DNA of 64,000 nucleotides from Candidatus Falkowbacteria bacterium (GCA_016432645.1 CP066698.1:773062-837061), one strand, 5' to 3'; shown: positions 47,409 through 58,530, numbered from the stretch's first letter. The notes: generated by a model not told the origin, from the letters alone. Program-made: numbers and translations.

Positions 47409-48666
47409 GTTTTTTTTATTAGTTTTTGTTTTTATTCTGCCCTGGCAAACAAAGCTGATTCTTCGGCCGGCACTTAATAATTTTAATGATATCAGTTTGT
47501 ATGCCAGCCATTTGGTTTTATTGCTGGCCCTGATTTGTTTTTTTGTTTATAAGATTTGGACCAGGGATTCCGGCCGTAAAACTCCACCGCTGTGGTATTT
47601 TTTGGGAGTTCTAGAAATTGTAATGGTAGTTTCTTTTTTCTATGCGCCTGATAGGCTCTTAGCCGCTTTCCATTACTTATTATTTTTGGGCGGCCTGGGG
47701 CTGTTTTATTTAGTTAGAGAGGGAATTAATCGCGCCGCTTATGAAGACAGCTGTTTGAATCGGACGAGGATTATCTATGTTTTTTTGGCGAGCGCTTTCT
47801 TGCAAGCTTCTTTGGGAATTTATCAATTTCTCAGTCAAAAATCTTTTGCTTTTAAATATTTAGGCTTGGCCGCTCATGATCCGGAAGTAATGGGAACGGC
47901 GGTCATTGAAACGGCTTCCGGGCGCTGGTTGCGGGCTTATGGCGGCCTCGACCATCCTAATATTTTGGGCGGAGTGCTGGCTATTTCTTTAATTCTGTCA
48001 GCCTATCTATTGGCTCGAAAAAAAATAATTAATTCCAATATTCAAATTTGGGGCTTGATTATGCTGTTTTTCAGTTATTTTTTTGCGTTGATTGCCATGT
48101 TTTTTTCTTTTTCGCGCGCCGCTTGGCTGGCCTATGCAATCGGTATGCTGATTTTAGCCGCGGTTATTTATAAACGGGAAGATCGCTGGGTAGCGAAAAG
48201 ATTTTTAGCGTTAATCTTTTTTTCCGGCGCATTATTGATGATTGCGGCTCTGCCTTATCGCGAGTTAGCGTTAACCCGTTTTGCGGCGACTTCGCGCTTA
48301 GAACAGATTTCTATTTCAGAACGTGAAGATTACCTTTCCCAGTCTGGAGAAATAATAAAAAACCACCCCTGGTTTGGAGTGGGCAATGCTAATTATGTAA
48401 AATATCTGGAAAAAAATTCAGCTATCAGTAATTTTAATTATTATCAACCGGTTCATAATGCTTTTCTCTTGGTTTTTGCTGAAAATGGCGTCTTTGCTTT
48501 TTTGGCCGTGATTTTATTTTTAATTTTCTTGGCGTTTAGCCCGCGCCGGCAAAATTTTGCCTTCTCAATTATTGCCGCTCTGGTGATTATGATGATGTTT
48601 GATCACTGGCTCCTCTCTCTGCCTTTTGGAATTTTATTCTTCTTCTTGATTCTCGGCTTGATTTGA
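47380..48666 (+). CDS. O-antigen ligase (Wzy_C) family membrane protein
   Basis: Multi-TM; RAYG...HPN.LGG, SFSR.AW, PWFGVG, PVHN..LL..AE.G. Confidence 0.85.
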   Translation: MMNFLKRLTEFFLLVFVFILPWQTKLILRPALNNFNDISLYASHLVLLLALICFFVYKIWTRDSGRKTPPLWYFLGVLEIVMVVSFFYAPDRLLAAFHYLLFLGGLGLFYLVREGINRAAYEDSCLNRTRIIYVFLASAFLQASLGIYQFLSQKSFAFKYLGLAAHDPEVMGTAVIETASGRWLRAYGGLDHPNILGGVLAISLILSAYLLARKKIINSNIQIWGLIMLFFSYFFALIAMFFSFSRAAWLAYAIGMLILAAVIYKREDRWVAKRFLALIFFSGALLMIAALPYRELALTRFAATSRLEQISISEREDYLSQSGEIIKNHPWFGVGNANYVKYLEKNSAISNFNYYQPVHNAFLLVFAENGVFAFLAVILFLIFLAFSPRRQNFAFSIIAALVIMMMFDHWLLSLPFGILFFFLILGLI

Positions 48667-48884
48667 TAGTTTTGTTGCAGCCAGATTAAATCTTTTTCCA
48701 CTTCATTTAGAGTCTGATAAAAATCCGGATTAATCAGGTCCGGATTTTTTTCAATATTTTGGCGCCAAAGGCTTAGAATTGTGGCGATAGTACCGAAGTA
48801 ATCATCTTGAGAAAGATGAAACTTGGTGCCGGCCTCATCTTTCAGCAGCCAGACCCCAGGCTTTATTAGATATTTGGCAGGCAT
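48603..48884 (-). CDS. Hypothetical protein
   Basis: Starts 1 nt after the radC stop; FH....DYFGT.ATIL and DL..LQ.NY.I look conserved; 64-nt tail overlap with the convergent gene. Confidence 0.6.
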   Translation of the reverse strand: MPAKYLIKPGVWLLKDEAGTKFHLSQDDYFGTIATILSLWRQNIEKNPDLINPDFYQTLNEVEKDLIWLQQNYQIKPRIKKKNKIPKGRERSQ

Positions 48885-48885
48885 G

Positions 48886-49602
48886 TTAAATAATACTGTT
48901 AAATTTGTTTTTACCGATTATTAGATGGTCTAAAATTTCAATATCTAAAATTTTTCCGGCGGCGATTAGTTTGTCGGTGATTTCCGCATCCGCTTTTGTG
49001 GCTTTTAAAACGCCGGATGGGTGGTTATGAGCGATAATCATCGCGGCGGCCGAATATTCTAAAGCCGGGCGAAATACTTCCCGTGGTTGGACAATTGCGG
49101 CATCAAGCGTCCCGATTGATATCACCTCATCATGGATAAGTTGGTAATGGGTATTTAAATATAAGCCTCTAAATTGTTCTTTGTTTAAACTGCCCATATC
49201 CTTTAGATATTCAAAGGCTTGTTTGGCGGTTCTGATGGTAATTGAGCCGCCTGGTTTTTTTTGGTAAAAACGGCGTCCTAGTTCAAAACAGGCGACAATT
49301 TGGCAGGCTTTTACCAGCGGAATGCCTAAATCTTTTTCAATGACCGCCGGATTTTTTTGATAAGCGATGCCTTTTTCACCATATTCACGCAATAGGCGCG
49401 AAGACATAGAGAAGACCTCTTCTTTTTTAGTGTCGGTACCGAGAACGACTGCCAATAATTCAGCGGCGCTTAGGGCGCCGGGGCCGTTCTCTAACATTTT
49501 TTCGCGCGGTTTTTCTTCATCCGGTAAGTCTTTGACTCGGGTTATTTTATATTGGCGGCCGCTATTTAAAATAGTGTTGCGGTCATTAATTTTGTAGCTC
49601 AT
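48886..49602 (-). CDS. radC: RadC/JAB-domain protein
   Basis: PREK....G..ALS.AELLA, PREVF, HNHPSG......D, LDHLI. Confidence 0.93.
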   Translation of the reverse strand: MSYKINDRNTILNSGRQYKITRVKDLPDEEKPREKMLENGPGALSAAELLAVVLGTDTKKEEVFSMSSRLLREYGEKGIAYQKNPAVIEKDLGIPLVKACQIVACFELGRRFYQKKPGGSITIRTAKQAFEYLKDMGSLNKEQFRGLYLNTHYQLIHDEVISIGTLDAAIVQPREVFRPALEYSAAAMIIAHNHPSGVLKATKADAEITDKLIAAGKILDIEILDHLIIGKNKFNSII

Positions 49603-49705
49603 AAAAGGAGGATTTTAATTGAAATTAGAACTTAGACTTCGCTTTAAATTATAGCAAATATGTGCTAAATTTAAAATAAGATTTAACGAATTAACTTTAA
49701 ATAGT

Positions 49706-50971
49706 ATGGATAAATATAAAAAGATAATATTGTCAAATAAGGCGCCAATTATTCAAATTGCCCTGCCGGGAGCAAAGACTGCCACTGCTCTCCTTATTTT
49801 TAAGACTGGTTCCCGTTACGAAAATAAGAGCAATAATGGTATTTCCCATTTTTTAGAGCATCTATTTTTTAAAGGGACGGCTAAATATCCTAACACCTTA
49901 GCCTTGGCGAGTGAATTGGATTCCTTGGGCTGCGAATTTAATGCCTTTACTTCCAAGGAATTTACTGGCTATTGGATTAAAGCGGCGGAAAGCAAGCTAG
50001 GACAAGCTTTAGAAATTTTAGGAGAGATGATTTTGCATTCTAAAATGGAAGAAGCAGAAATTCAGAGGGAAAAAGGAGTTATTATTGAAGAGCTTAATAT
50101 GTATGAAGAAAACCCCATGATGCATATTGAAGATGTGCTTGAGGCTTGTATTTATGGCGATACCCCGGCCGGTTGGGAAACTGTCGGCACTAAGAAAAAT
50201 ATCCAAAGCTTCACGCGCCAAGATTTTATTTCTTATCTTGAAACCCAATATGGAGCTAACAGTGCCTGCTTTATTTTAGCCGGCGGCGTTAAAGATAAGG
50301 ATATTAATAAAGCTAAGGTGATTATTGGCGCTCTTAAACCCAATAAATGGCGGGCACAACTTAAAAATAAAGTTCAGCAAATAAAGCCGCGAGTTAAAGT
50401 TTCTTTTAAGGACATTGATCAAGCTAATCTCTCATTAGCGGTCAGAACTTTCCCGCTTAATCATGCTGAAGAGCTTAATGTAAAGCTTTTATCCATTATT
50501 TTAGGCGGGGCGATGAGTTCCCGTTTGTTCATTAATCTGCGTGAACGCAATGGTTTAGCTTATTATGTTAAAACCGATTCCGAATTTTATTCTGATTCCG
50601 GATATTTGACTACTCAAGCCGGCGTACCGACCGAAAAAACGCAGCAGGCCGTAGAAATTATTTTGAAAGAATATCGGCGTTTAATAAGCGAGTTGATTCC
50701 GCTTCCAGAATTGAATCGCGCCAAAGATTTATTGCGCGGACGCTTGCTTTTACAGATGGAAGCCACGGATAATGTCGCCAATTGGTACGCGCGCCAAGCA
50801 ATTTTGCGCCGGCAAATCATGACCCCGGCTGAGTTTATGAAAAAAATTGCCACGATTACTCCGGCCAGCTTGCAAAAAACCGCCAAAAAAATATTTATTG
50901 ATTCCGGTTTAAACTTAGCGGTTATCGGCCGGGTAAAAACTAGTGATTTTACCAAGGTTTTGAAATTTTAA
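49706..50971 (+). CDS. M16 family (pitrilysin-like) zinc peptidase
   Basis: GSRYE, GISHFLEHLFFKGT (HxxEH), NAFT, SSRLF..LRE..GLAY. Confidence 0.93.
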   Translation: MDKYKKIILSNKAPIIQIALPGAKTATALLIFKTGSRYENKSNNGISHFLEHLFFKGTAKYPNTLALASELDSLGCEFNAFTSKEFTGYWIKAAESKLGQALEILGEMILHSKMEEAEIQREKGVIIEELNMYEENPMMHIEDVLEACIYGDTPAGWETVGTKKNIQSFTRQDFISYLETQYGANSACFILAGGVKDKDINKAKVIIGALKPNKWRAQLKNKVQQIKPRVKVSFKDIDQANLSLAVRTFPLNHAEELNVKLLSIILGGAMSSRLFINLRERNGLAYYVKTDSEFYSDSGYLTTQAGVPTEKTQQAVEIILKEYRRLISELIPLPELNRAKDLLRGRLLLQMEATDNVANWYARQAILRRQIMTPAEFMKKIATITPASLQKTAKKIFIDSGLNLAVIGRVKTSDFTKVLKF

Positions 50972-50988
50972 TTTATTGCTAAGCGCTT

Positions 50989-52116
50989 ATGTGGAAAATA
51001 AAGTTCCAAAAAGCGGAAATATTAATTATCGTCTTTATTGTCTTGGGCAGTTTTTTTATAATCAGCCGTTATCGGAATTTAGCCGATGATTTTCAGCAAT
51101 ATGGTTCCGAGGTTATAGCTAATCATCAAGCTATCCTGAGATCTCAAACGCAATGGCGATTGCCGGAAAATGGGGAGGTTAATAACAGCTTGCGCTTTTA
51201 TTTTTTTGGAGATTTGATGCTAGACAGGCACGTCGGCGAGCGTTTGGCCGGAAAACCGTTGTCTACTTTATTTTCTAGCTTTGAAGGGGGTAATAAATTT
51301 TGGTCGGGGGCGGATATTGTCGGGGCTAATCTAGAAGGGGCGGTGACTGATAACGGCGCGCATTATGCCCCGCAAAACGCTTATGACTTCGCCTTTGCAC
51401 CGGAGAGAATCGCTGAACTTCAAGCCTACGGTTTTAACTATTTCAGTTCGGCCAATAATCATTTTAGCGACCAGGGGCAAAATGGAGTTGAAGAGACTAG
51501 AAAAAATTTAAGCGAGCTTGGGTTTTATTATAGCGGCTCAACTGACGCTAAAGTTGATGAATATTCCCGAAAAGATATTATTGTATCCGGCCAAAAAATA
51601 GCAATGATTGGGTTATCGATGGTTTATAATAATTTTGATTTGGAGGCAGCCGAAAAATTAATTGGAACTGCCAGCTTGGAAACAAATTTAGTAATTGTTA
51701 ATATTCATTGGGGTACGGAATATGAGCATCAGTTCAATAAACATCAGCAAGCAATTGGACATGCGCTGATTGATACCGGCGCGGATGCGATTATCGGTCA
51801 TCATCCCCATGTCGTTCAGGGAGTGGAAATTTATCAAGGCAAGCCGATTTTTTATTCGCTAGGGAACTTCATTTTTGATCAGTATTTTTCCGCCGATACC
51901 CAAGAAGGACTGAGCGTCGGTTTAGATTTTAGCCAGGCCAGCACTACGATTTCCTTTTATCCGCTTAAATCAGCTAAGGCGGCGCCGCGGCTCATGGATG
52001 AAAATGAAAAAGTTAAATTTTGGGAGAAGTTTATTGCCTGGTCACAGCTTGATGCTAACCAGAAAGCAGCGATTGAATCTGGGCGCCTGGTTTTAGAACG
52101 GAAAAATAATCAGTAA
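50989..52116 (+). CDS. CapA/PGA_cap family metallophosphatase-like protein
   Basis: GD.MLDR, NLEG, ANNH..D, HWG.EY, GHHPHV.Q, YSLGNFIFDQ. Confidence 0.9.
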   Translation: MWKIKFQKAEILIIVFIVLGSFFIISRYRNLADDFQQYGSEVIANHQAILRSQTQWRLPENGEVNNSLRFYFFGDLMLDRHVGERLAGKPLSTLFSSFEGGNKFWSGADIVGANLEGAVTDNGAHYAPQNAYDFAFAPERIAELQAYGFNYFSSANNHFSDQGQNGVEETRKNLSELGFYYSGSTDAKVDEYSRKDIIVSGQKIAMIGLSMVYNNFDLEAAEKLIGTASLETNLVIVNIHWGTEYEHQFNKHQQAIGHALIDTGADAIIGHHPHVVQGVEIYQGKPIFYSLGNFIFDQYFSADTQEGLSVGLDFSQASTTISFYPLKSAKAAPRLMDENEKVKFWEKFIAWSQLDANQKAAIESGRLVLERKNNQ

Positions 52117-52120
52117 ATAT

Positions 52121-55100
52121 ATGTTGGAAGATTTTAAAAAATTAAATAAAGCACAGCAAGCGGCTGTTTTACACAAAGATGGTCCGCTGCTGATTGTGGC
52201 AGGGGCCGGAACGGGGAAAACCACGGTTTTAATTAATCGTTTGGCGCATTTAATTCTTAATCAGAAAATCTCTACCGATGAAATTTTATTATTAACTTTT
52301 ACCGAAAAAGCGGCTGGCGAAATGGAAGAACGGGCCGATAAAATTATGCCTTACGGTTATGTTGATTTATGGATTAGCACTTTTCATGGTTTTTGTGAAA
52401 GAATTTTACGCGATCATGCTTTGGAAATCGGCCTTAATCCCAGCTTCAAGCTTTTAAACGAAACTGATCAATGGGTTTTAATAAAGAAAAATTTATCCCG
52501 CTTCCAGTTAGACTATTATCGCCCTCTCGGCAACCCGACTAAATTTATTTCCGAGCTTCTGAAACATTTTTCCCGGTTGAAGGATGAGAATATTAGCCCG
52601 GAGGAGTATTTGAGATACGTGGAAGATTTGGAGTCAAACCAAGACGAGCGTTTAAGCGGAAAAAAAATAGCTAAAAAAACAAAAGTTAAAGCGGTTGAGG
52701 CTGACGGTGATGATGAAGATGGGGAAGAGTTGGAGATTACGCGCTTGAAAGAATTAGCTGATGCCTATCATATTTATAATCAACTTCTGCTGGAAAATAA
52801 TTATTTAGATTTTGGCGGCTTGATTTCGTATGCGATTAAATTGTTTGTTGAGCGCCCGAATATTTTGAAGTATTATCGCCAGAAATTTCAATATCTTATG
52901 GTTGATGAATTTCAGGATACCAATTTAGCACAGTATCAACTAGTAAAAATGCTGGCGGCGCCAAAGAATAATTTATTAGTTGTCGGCGACGATGACCAAG
53001 CGATTTATAAATTCCGCGGGGCTTCGATTTCTAATATCATGCAGTTTAAAGAAGATTATCCGCAGGCGCACGAAATAGTTTTGACTGAGAATTATCGTTC
53101 CCGCCAGGAAATATTAGATAAGGCTTATGAATTTATTAATTATAATAATCCCAATCGTTTAGAAGTTAAATTAAATATCAATAAAAAATTAGCGGCCAAA
53201 GGCGGGGTTAATAAAAATAAAAAGAATGAGCCGGCGGTGCAGTTTTTTAATTTTGATACTCAAGATGAAGAAGTTTCTTTTATCGGCAATCAAATTAAAA
53301 ATATTTATGAAAATAAAATTGCTCAGGGAGAGGAAATTAGCTGGCTGGATTTCGCAATTTTAGTGCGCGCTAATGATACGGCCGATGTTTATGTTAAAGA
53401 GCTAAATCGCTTAGGCATTCCTAATCAATTTATGTCTTGGCGCGGGCTCTATTATAAGCCGCTCGTGTTGGATATTCTCGCCTATTTTAGGCTGTTGGAT
53501 AATTATCATGAGTCGTCATCTCTTTTTAGAGTCTTAAATATGGAAGCCTTCAAGGTTTCTCATCTGGATTTAGTAGCGATTAATAAAATGGCAGCCCGTA
53601 AAGTTTGGTCGCTTTATGAAGCTTTGAAAAATATTAATTTAATCGCCGGTGTTAGCGCGGAGAGTGTTTTAAATATTAAAAAACTTTTGAATTTAATTGA
53701 AAAGCATTCGCTCCTGATCGCTAATAATAAGCCGACTAAAATTTTTTTGCATTTTGCTTACGATTCCGGCTTATTAGAAAAAATGGATAGAGATCGCGAT
53801 TTGGAATTATTCTCCTATCTTAACCAGCTATATCAAAAAATGAAGGCCCTAGAAGACGCTAACGCCGATTTAAAGCTTAAGGACTTTTTAGAAATAATTA
53901 ATTTGGAGTTAGAAGCGGGTGAAACCGGTTCTTTAAAGTTAGATTTTGCCGACAATGAAACCGTAAAAATAATGACCGTCCATGGCGCCAAAGGCTTGGA
54001 ATTCAAATACGTTTTTATCGTTAATTTGGTTGATAAAAAATTTCCAACAATTTCGCGCAGTGAAAAAATTTCTATTCCTGACGCCTTAATCAAAGAAAAA
54101 GTCGTTCCGAGCGCCGAAGCGCATCTAGAAGAAGAACGCCGCTTGTTTTATGTGGCCGCCACTAGAGCTAAAGAAGAACTTTATCTGACCAGCGCCAAGG
54201 ATTATGGGTTAGTGAGAGAAAAAAAACCGTCACGCTTTATTTTAGAAATGGGGCTGGAGACAGAAACCCAGAATCAAGTTAAGCTAAGCAAACGCAACGA
54301 GTTTCTAAAAGACATTCATTTATTAAACGGCCAAGAGCCGACATTAATAAAGCCGAAAATTCCGGAAGTTCAATATCCGTTGCCAGAAAAATTTTCCTTT
54401 TCGCAGCTAGCGGCGTTTGCTACTTGCCCGCTGCAGTATAAGTTCGCCTTTATTCTAAAAATTCCTGCCGCCTCGGATAAAGCTTCATTAATTTTCGGTC
54501 GCGTGCTCCATAATACTTTGTATAATTTTTTGTTGCCAATTTTAAGTGAGACCAAGAAGATTCAAGCGAGCCTGTTTGCCGATGAAAAAATCAAGCCGAA
54601 AATAGAAGATTTGATAAATGCTAAAAGATTAAATGTGCTTTATCAAGAATTTTGGCAGCCGGATGGCTACCAAAATAAAGAAGAGCGGGAAGCTTATTTG
54701 CAGAAAGGGCGCTTAGCTTTAAATCGTTTTTTTGATGATTATCAAAAAAATCCGCCGGCCGAAATTATATTTTTAGAAAAAAAGTTTTCTTTTAAAATCG
54801 GTGCCGATGTTATTAAGGGAACGATGGACAGGGTTGATCGCTTAGCCGATGGTAGTTTGGAAATAATTGACTATAAAACAGGCAAGAGTAAAACCAAATT
54901 AGAATTTAAAGATAAGCGTCAGCTGATTTTATACAAAATATTTTTGGAAGAGTTCTTGGGAGAGAAAGTCAGCCAGTTAAGCTATTATTATCTGGAAAGC
55001 GGCGAGAAGTTTTCCTTTAACGCCACCGAGAAAGAAATAGAAAAATTGAAATCCGGGGTATTGGAAGAAATTGCGGCGATTAAAAATCGCAATTTTGCGC

Positions 55101-55165
55101 CCAAGCCGTCGCCGATGTGTGAATTTTGTGATTTTAGAACAATTTGCGAATTTAGACAGCTTTAG
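52121..55165 (+). CDS. UvrD/PcrA SF1 helicase fused to a C-terminal PD-(D/E)XK nuclease with an Fe-S motif
   Basis: AGAGTGKT, DEFQD, GDDDQ.IY.FRGA, MTVH.AKGLEF, EERRLFYVA.TRA; CP.QY...G.MDR.D...IIDYKTG...CEFCDF..IC. Confidence 0.92.
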   Translation: MLEDFKKLNKAQQAAVLHKDGPLLIVAGAGTGKTTVLINRLAHLILNQKISTDEILLLTFTEKAAGEMEERADKIMPYGYVDLWISTFHGFCERILRDHALEIGLNPSFKLLNETDQWVLIKKNLSRFQLDYYRPLGNPTKFISELLKHFSRLKDENISPEEYLRYVEDLESNQDERLSGKKIAKKTKVKAVEADGDDEDGEELEITRLKELADAYHIYNQLLLENNYLDFGGLISYAIKLFVERPNILKYYRQKFQYLMVDEFQDTNLAQYQLVKMLAAPKNNLLVVGDDDQAIYKFRGASISNIMQFKEDYPQAHEIVLTENYRSRQEILDKAYEFINYNNPNRLEVKLNINKKLAAKGGVNKNKKNEPAVQFFNFDTQDEEVSFIGNQIKNIYENKIAQGEEISWLDFAILVRANDTADVYVKELNRLGIPNQFMSWRGLYYKPLVLDILAYFRLLDNYHESSSLFRVLNMEAFKVSHLDLVAINKMAARKVWSLYEALKNINLIAGVSAESVLNIKKLLNLIEKHSLLIANNKPTKIFLHFAYDSGLLEKMDRDRDLELFSYLNQLYQKMKALEDANADLKLKDFLEIINLELEAGETGSLKLDFADNETVKIMTVHGAKGLEFKYVFIVNLVDKKFPTISRSEKISIPDALIKEKVVPSAEAHLEEERRLFYVAATRAKEELYLTSAKDYGLVREKKPSRFILEMGLETETQNQVKLSKRNEFLKDIHLLNGQEPTLIKPKIPEVQYPLPEKFSFSQLAAFATCPLQYKFAFILKIPAASDKASLIFGRVLHNTLYNFLLPILSETKKIQASLFADEKIKPKIEDLINAKRLNVLYQEFWQPDGYQNKEEREAYLQKGRLALNRFFDDYQKNPPAEIIFLEKKFSFKIGADVIKGTMDRVDRLADGSLEIIDYKTGKSKTKLEFKDKRQLILYKIFLEEFLGEKVSQLSYYYLESGEKFSFNATEKEIEKLKSGVLEEIAAIKNRNFAPKPSPMCEFCDFRTICEFRQL

Positions 55166-55180
55166 CTAGACTATAATTAT

Positions 55181-56200
55181 ATGGCTATAGAAGAACGCTT
55201 AATTAGTCCGATTGGAAAGAAGGGGGAGGACGCCTTAGATTTGTCTTTGCGTCCGAAATTTTTAGTGGAGTATATCGGTCAGGAAAAAGTAAAACAAAAT
55301 TTAGAGATTACTATTGCCGCCGCCAAAAAACGAACTGAGCCGATTGAGCATATTCTGCTTTATGGCGCCCCCGGTTTAGGCAAGACGACTTTAGCACATG
55401 TAATTGCTAATGAGACTGGTGCCAATATTCGCGTTACCTCTGGGCCGGTGATTGAAAAAACCGGTGACTTGGCCGCGATTTTAACTAATTTGGAAGAAGG
55501 CGATATTTTGTTTATTGATGAAATTCATCGTTTATCAAAAACCGTGGAGGAGATTTTATATCCGGCCATGGAAGATTATGCCTTAGATATTGTGATGGGT
55601 AAAGGTCCAAGCGCTCGGACTTTAAGATTGGATTTACCCAAGTTTACAATTATCGGGGCGACGACTTTAGCTAGTTTATTATCGGCGCCTTTGCGGGATC
55701 GTTTTGGAATTACGCATCATTTAAACTTTTATGAGTCTGGCGATATTGAACAAATTATTTCCCGCAGTGCCAGAATTCTTAACATTAAAATTGATGATGA
55801 GGCTAAAAAAGAAATTGCTAATCGCAGCCGTCGGACACCGCGTATCGCTAACCGTTTATTAAAGCGAGTACGTGATTATTGCGAAGTTAAAGGCGATGGG
55901 TATATTACCTTAGAGCACTGTTTGGAGGCGATGAAAATGCTGGAAGTTGATAGTCTTGGTTTAGATTTTGTTGACCGCCGCATTTTAGAAACAATTATTC
56001 ATAAATTTAAAGGCGGACCGGTCGGGCTTAATACTTTGGCGGCCGCAACCGGTGAGGAGGCGGATACGATTGAAAATATGTATGAACCATATCTAATGCA
56101 ACTTGGATTTTTAGACCGTTCCCCGCGCGGACGAATTGTAACTGCTCTTGGTTATGAACATTTAGGATTGAAGCCGGCTGGACAGGATAAATTGGTATGA
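55181..56200 (+). CDS. ruvB: Holliday junction branch migration helicase RuvB
   Basis: [49 protein letters not shown]. Confidence 0.97.
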   Translation: MAIEERLISPIGKKGEDALDLSLRPKFLVEYIGQEKVKQNLEITIAAAKKRTEPIEHILLYGAPGLGKTTLAHVIANETGANIRVTSGPVIEKTGDLAAILTNLEEGDILFIDEIHRLSKTVEEILYPAMEDYALDIVMGKGPSARTLRLDLPKFTIIGATTLASLLSAPLRDRFGITHHLNFYESGDIEQIISRSARILNIKIDDEAKKEIANRSRRTPRIANRLLKRVRDYCEVKGDGYITLEHCLEAMKMLEVDSLGLDFVDRRILETIIHKFKGGPVGLNTLAAATGEEADTIENMYEPYLMQLGFLDRSPRGRIVTALGYEHLGLKPAGQDKLV

Positions 56201-56811
56201 TCATGTTTAATTTTATTGAGAATAATAAAATTCTTCTAGGTTTGATTTCTTCAGTTATTGCCGTCGGCGCTTATATCCCTTACTTTAGGGATATTTTTAA
56301 GGGAAAAACCAAGCCGCATATTTTTTCTTGGTTTATTTGGGGCTTATTAGGAGGCATTACTTATATCGCGCAGGTTGTTAAAGGAGCTGGTGCGGGTTCT
56401 TGGGCTAATGGACTGACAGCATTAATTTGTTTAGTTATTGCCGGCTTATCCATTACTCGTGGAGAAAAAAATATTACCCTGACTGATAAATTATCTTTTG
56501 GTGGCGCTATCCTCGCTTTAATCCTGTGGTTTTTAACCAAAAACCCATTATCAGCTGTTATTTTAGCTTGTGTTATTGATACCTTAGCTTACGTTCCTAC
56601 TTTTAGAAAAGCCTACAAAAAACCATTTGAAGAAACTTTACCGGCATTTATAACAACTACGATCGGTATTATTATTAGTTTGCTTGCGCTCGAAGCTTAT
56701 AGCGCGACTACTTGGCTTTATCCAACGGTTTTAGTCATCTCAAATAGCCTTTTTATTGTCATGCTTTTATTAAGAAGAAAATTGATAAAGAATAATTATG
56801 GAAAATTATAA
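56197..56811 (+). CDS. Multi-pass membrane protein (PQ-loop/SWEET-like pattern)
   Basis: About 7 TM; PY...I.KGKTKPH..SW and PT.RK....P..E repeats. Confidence 0.65.
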   Translation: MIMFNFIENNKILLGLISSVIAVGAYIPYFRDIFKGKTKPHIFSWFIWGLLGGITYIAQVVKGAGAGSWANGLTALICLVIAGLSITRGEKNITLTDKLSFGGAILALILWFLTKNPLSAVILACVIDTLAYVPTFRKAYKKPFEETLPAFITTTIGIIISLLALEAYSATTWLYPTVLVISNSLFIVMLLLRRKLIKNNYGKL

Positions 56812-56828
56812 AGCTATTATAATTTATT

Positions 56829-57878
56829 ATGACTTATAAAACTTCGGATTTTTTTTATAATTTACCGCTGGAATTGATTGCCCAGAAACCGGTGCGACCG
56901 CGAGATCACTCGCGGCTTTTAGTTTTAGACAAGAAGACAGGATTTTTCCAACATCAGCATTTTTATGATATTGTTGACTATTTAAATCAGGGCGATTTGT
57001 TAGTGCTTAATAATTCCAAAGTTTTCCCGGCCCGTTTAATCGGCCGGAAAGAAGCTACCGGCGGACAGATAGAAATTTTTTTGCATAAAAAAGAAGCTGC
57101 CGATATTTGGGAATGTTTAATTGGCGGTCGAGTTAAAGTCGGTTTGATTATTATTTTATCATCTCGTTTAAAGGCGGAAATAATTAAAAATAATGGTGAC
57201 GGCACTTGGCTAGTCCAGTTTAATTTAAGTGATAATAAATTTTTTACGGAAATTAATAAAGTTGGACAAGTGCCTTTGCCGCCTTACATCAAGCGTTCCC
57301 GGCAACTGGCGAGTGATAAAAATAACTATCAGACAGTTTTTGCCGATAATCATCAAGTTGGCTCTGCTGCCGCACCGACCGCCGGCCTGCATTTCACTAA
57401 AAGTCTTTTGCAAAAAATCAAAGCGAAAGGCGTTCAGATAAAATATGTGACGCTTCATGTGGGACTCGGCACTTTTGCGCCAGTTAAAACGGAAAAAATA
57501 AGCGATCATAAAATGCATAGCGAATTTGCGCTAGTTAGTTCAAGTACGATAAATTCTATTTTAGAAACGAAGCGGCGCGGCGGGCGCGTGATTGCCGTTG
57601 GGACAACTAGCTGCCGTACCCTGGAATCTCTAAATTGGGATAAGATAAAGAAGACGACTTCCAAAGAACAATCTTTCTGGACCGATATTTTTATTTATCC
57701 CGGTTTTAAATTTAGAGCAGTTGATGCCTTAATTACTAATTTTCATTTACCATCTTCAACTTTAATGATGCTGGTCAGCGCTCTGGGCGGAAAGAAAAAT
57801 CTGGAGCGCGCGTATCAAGAAGCGGTGGTGAAAAAATACCGATTTTTCAGTTATGGCGATGCCATGTTTATAAATTAG
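56829..57878 (+). CDS. queA: S-adenosylmethionine:tRNA ribosyltransferase-isomerase
   Basis: LP.ELIAQ.P, PLPPYI, YQTVFA, AAPTAGLHF, LHVGLGTF, TNFHLP.S, YRFFSYGDAM. Confidence 0.97.
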   Translation: MTYKTSDFFYNLPLELIAQKPVRPRDHSRLLVLDKKTGFFQHQHFYDIVDYLNQGDLLVLNNSKVFPARLIGRKEATGGQIEIFLHKKEAADIWECLIGGRVKVGLIIILSSRLKAEIIKNNGDGTWLVQFNLSDNKFFTEINKVGQVPLPPYIKRSRQLASDKNNYQTVFADNHQVGSAAAPTAGLHFTKSLLQKIKAKGVQIKYVTLHVGLGTFAPVKTEKISDHKMHSEFALVSSSTINSILETKRRGGRVIAVGTTSCRTLESLNWDKIKKTTSKEQSFWTDIFIYPGFKFRAVDALITNFHLPSSTLMMLVSALGGKKNLERAYQEAVVKKYRFFSYGDAMFIN

Positions 57879-57949
57879 GGAGCTTTATTTAGATTTGATT
57901 TTTTTTTAATTTTTTGTTAATATAGAGCTTGATTATTAGACTTTTATTT

Positions 57950-58519
57950 ATGCGTAAATTTTTTTTATTTGTTTGGGAGATAGTTAAAGTCGCGAGTATT
58001 TCACTCGCGATAATTTTACCTGTCCGTTATTTTTTGATTCAACCCTTTTATGTTAAAGGCGCTTCTATGGAGCCGAATTTTCACGACCACGAATACTTAA
58101 TAATTGATGAAATTAGCTATCGTTTTGAAGCCCCGACTCGTGGGCAAGTAATTGTCTTCCGTTATCCGAAGGACCCTCAAGAATATTTTATCAAGAGAAT
58201 TATTGCTCTGCCTGGCGAAGAAATACAAATTAAAGATGGTAAAGTTATTATTTATAATGATGCCAATCCTTCGGGCTTTACTTTAAATGAATCCTATTTG
58301 TCTCCTGGTCTGGAAACCATGGACAATACTGGCGCAAAATTAAAGTTAAGCGAGAATGAATATTTTGTCTTAGGTGATAATCGTAACAACTCTAAGGATT
58401 CCCGCAGTTTTGGCGCCGTAGATAAAAGTTTTATTACCGGCAAAGTTCTTTTCCGTGGCTGGCCTTTAGATAAAATAGCTTTATTCAACGCCGCCTCTTG
58501 GCCGCAATATCAAAATTAA
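57950..58519 (+). CDS. lepB: Signal peptidase I
   Basis: V.GASMEP, IKRII.LPG, YFVLGDNR.NS.DSR. Confidence 0.95.
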   Translation: MRKFFLFVWEIVKVASISLAIILPVRYFLIQPFYVKGASMEPNFHDHEYLIIDEISYRFEAPTRGQVIVFRYPKDPQEYFIKRIIALPGEEIQIKDGKVIIYNDANPSGFTLNESYLSPGLETMDNTGAKLKLSENEYFVLGDNRNNSKDSRSFGAVDKSFITGKVLFRGWPLDKIALFNAASWPQYQN

Positions 58520-58530
58520 ATCAAAAATTT

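Noticed and set aside
49603..49612. AAAGGAGG on the plus strand (CCTCCTTT just before the radC ATG on the minus strand)
   Set aside because: On the plus strand it leads only to an 11-codon TTG ORF; an anti-SD role for radC is unsupported from one instance
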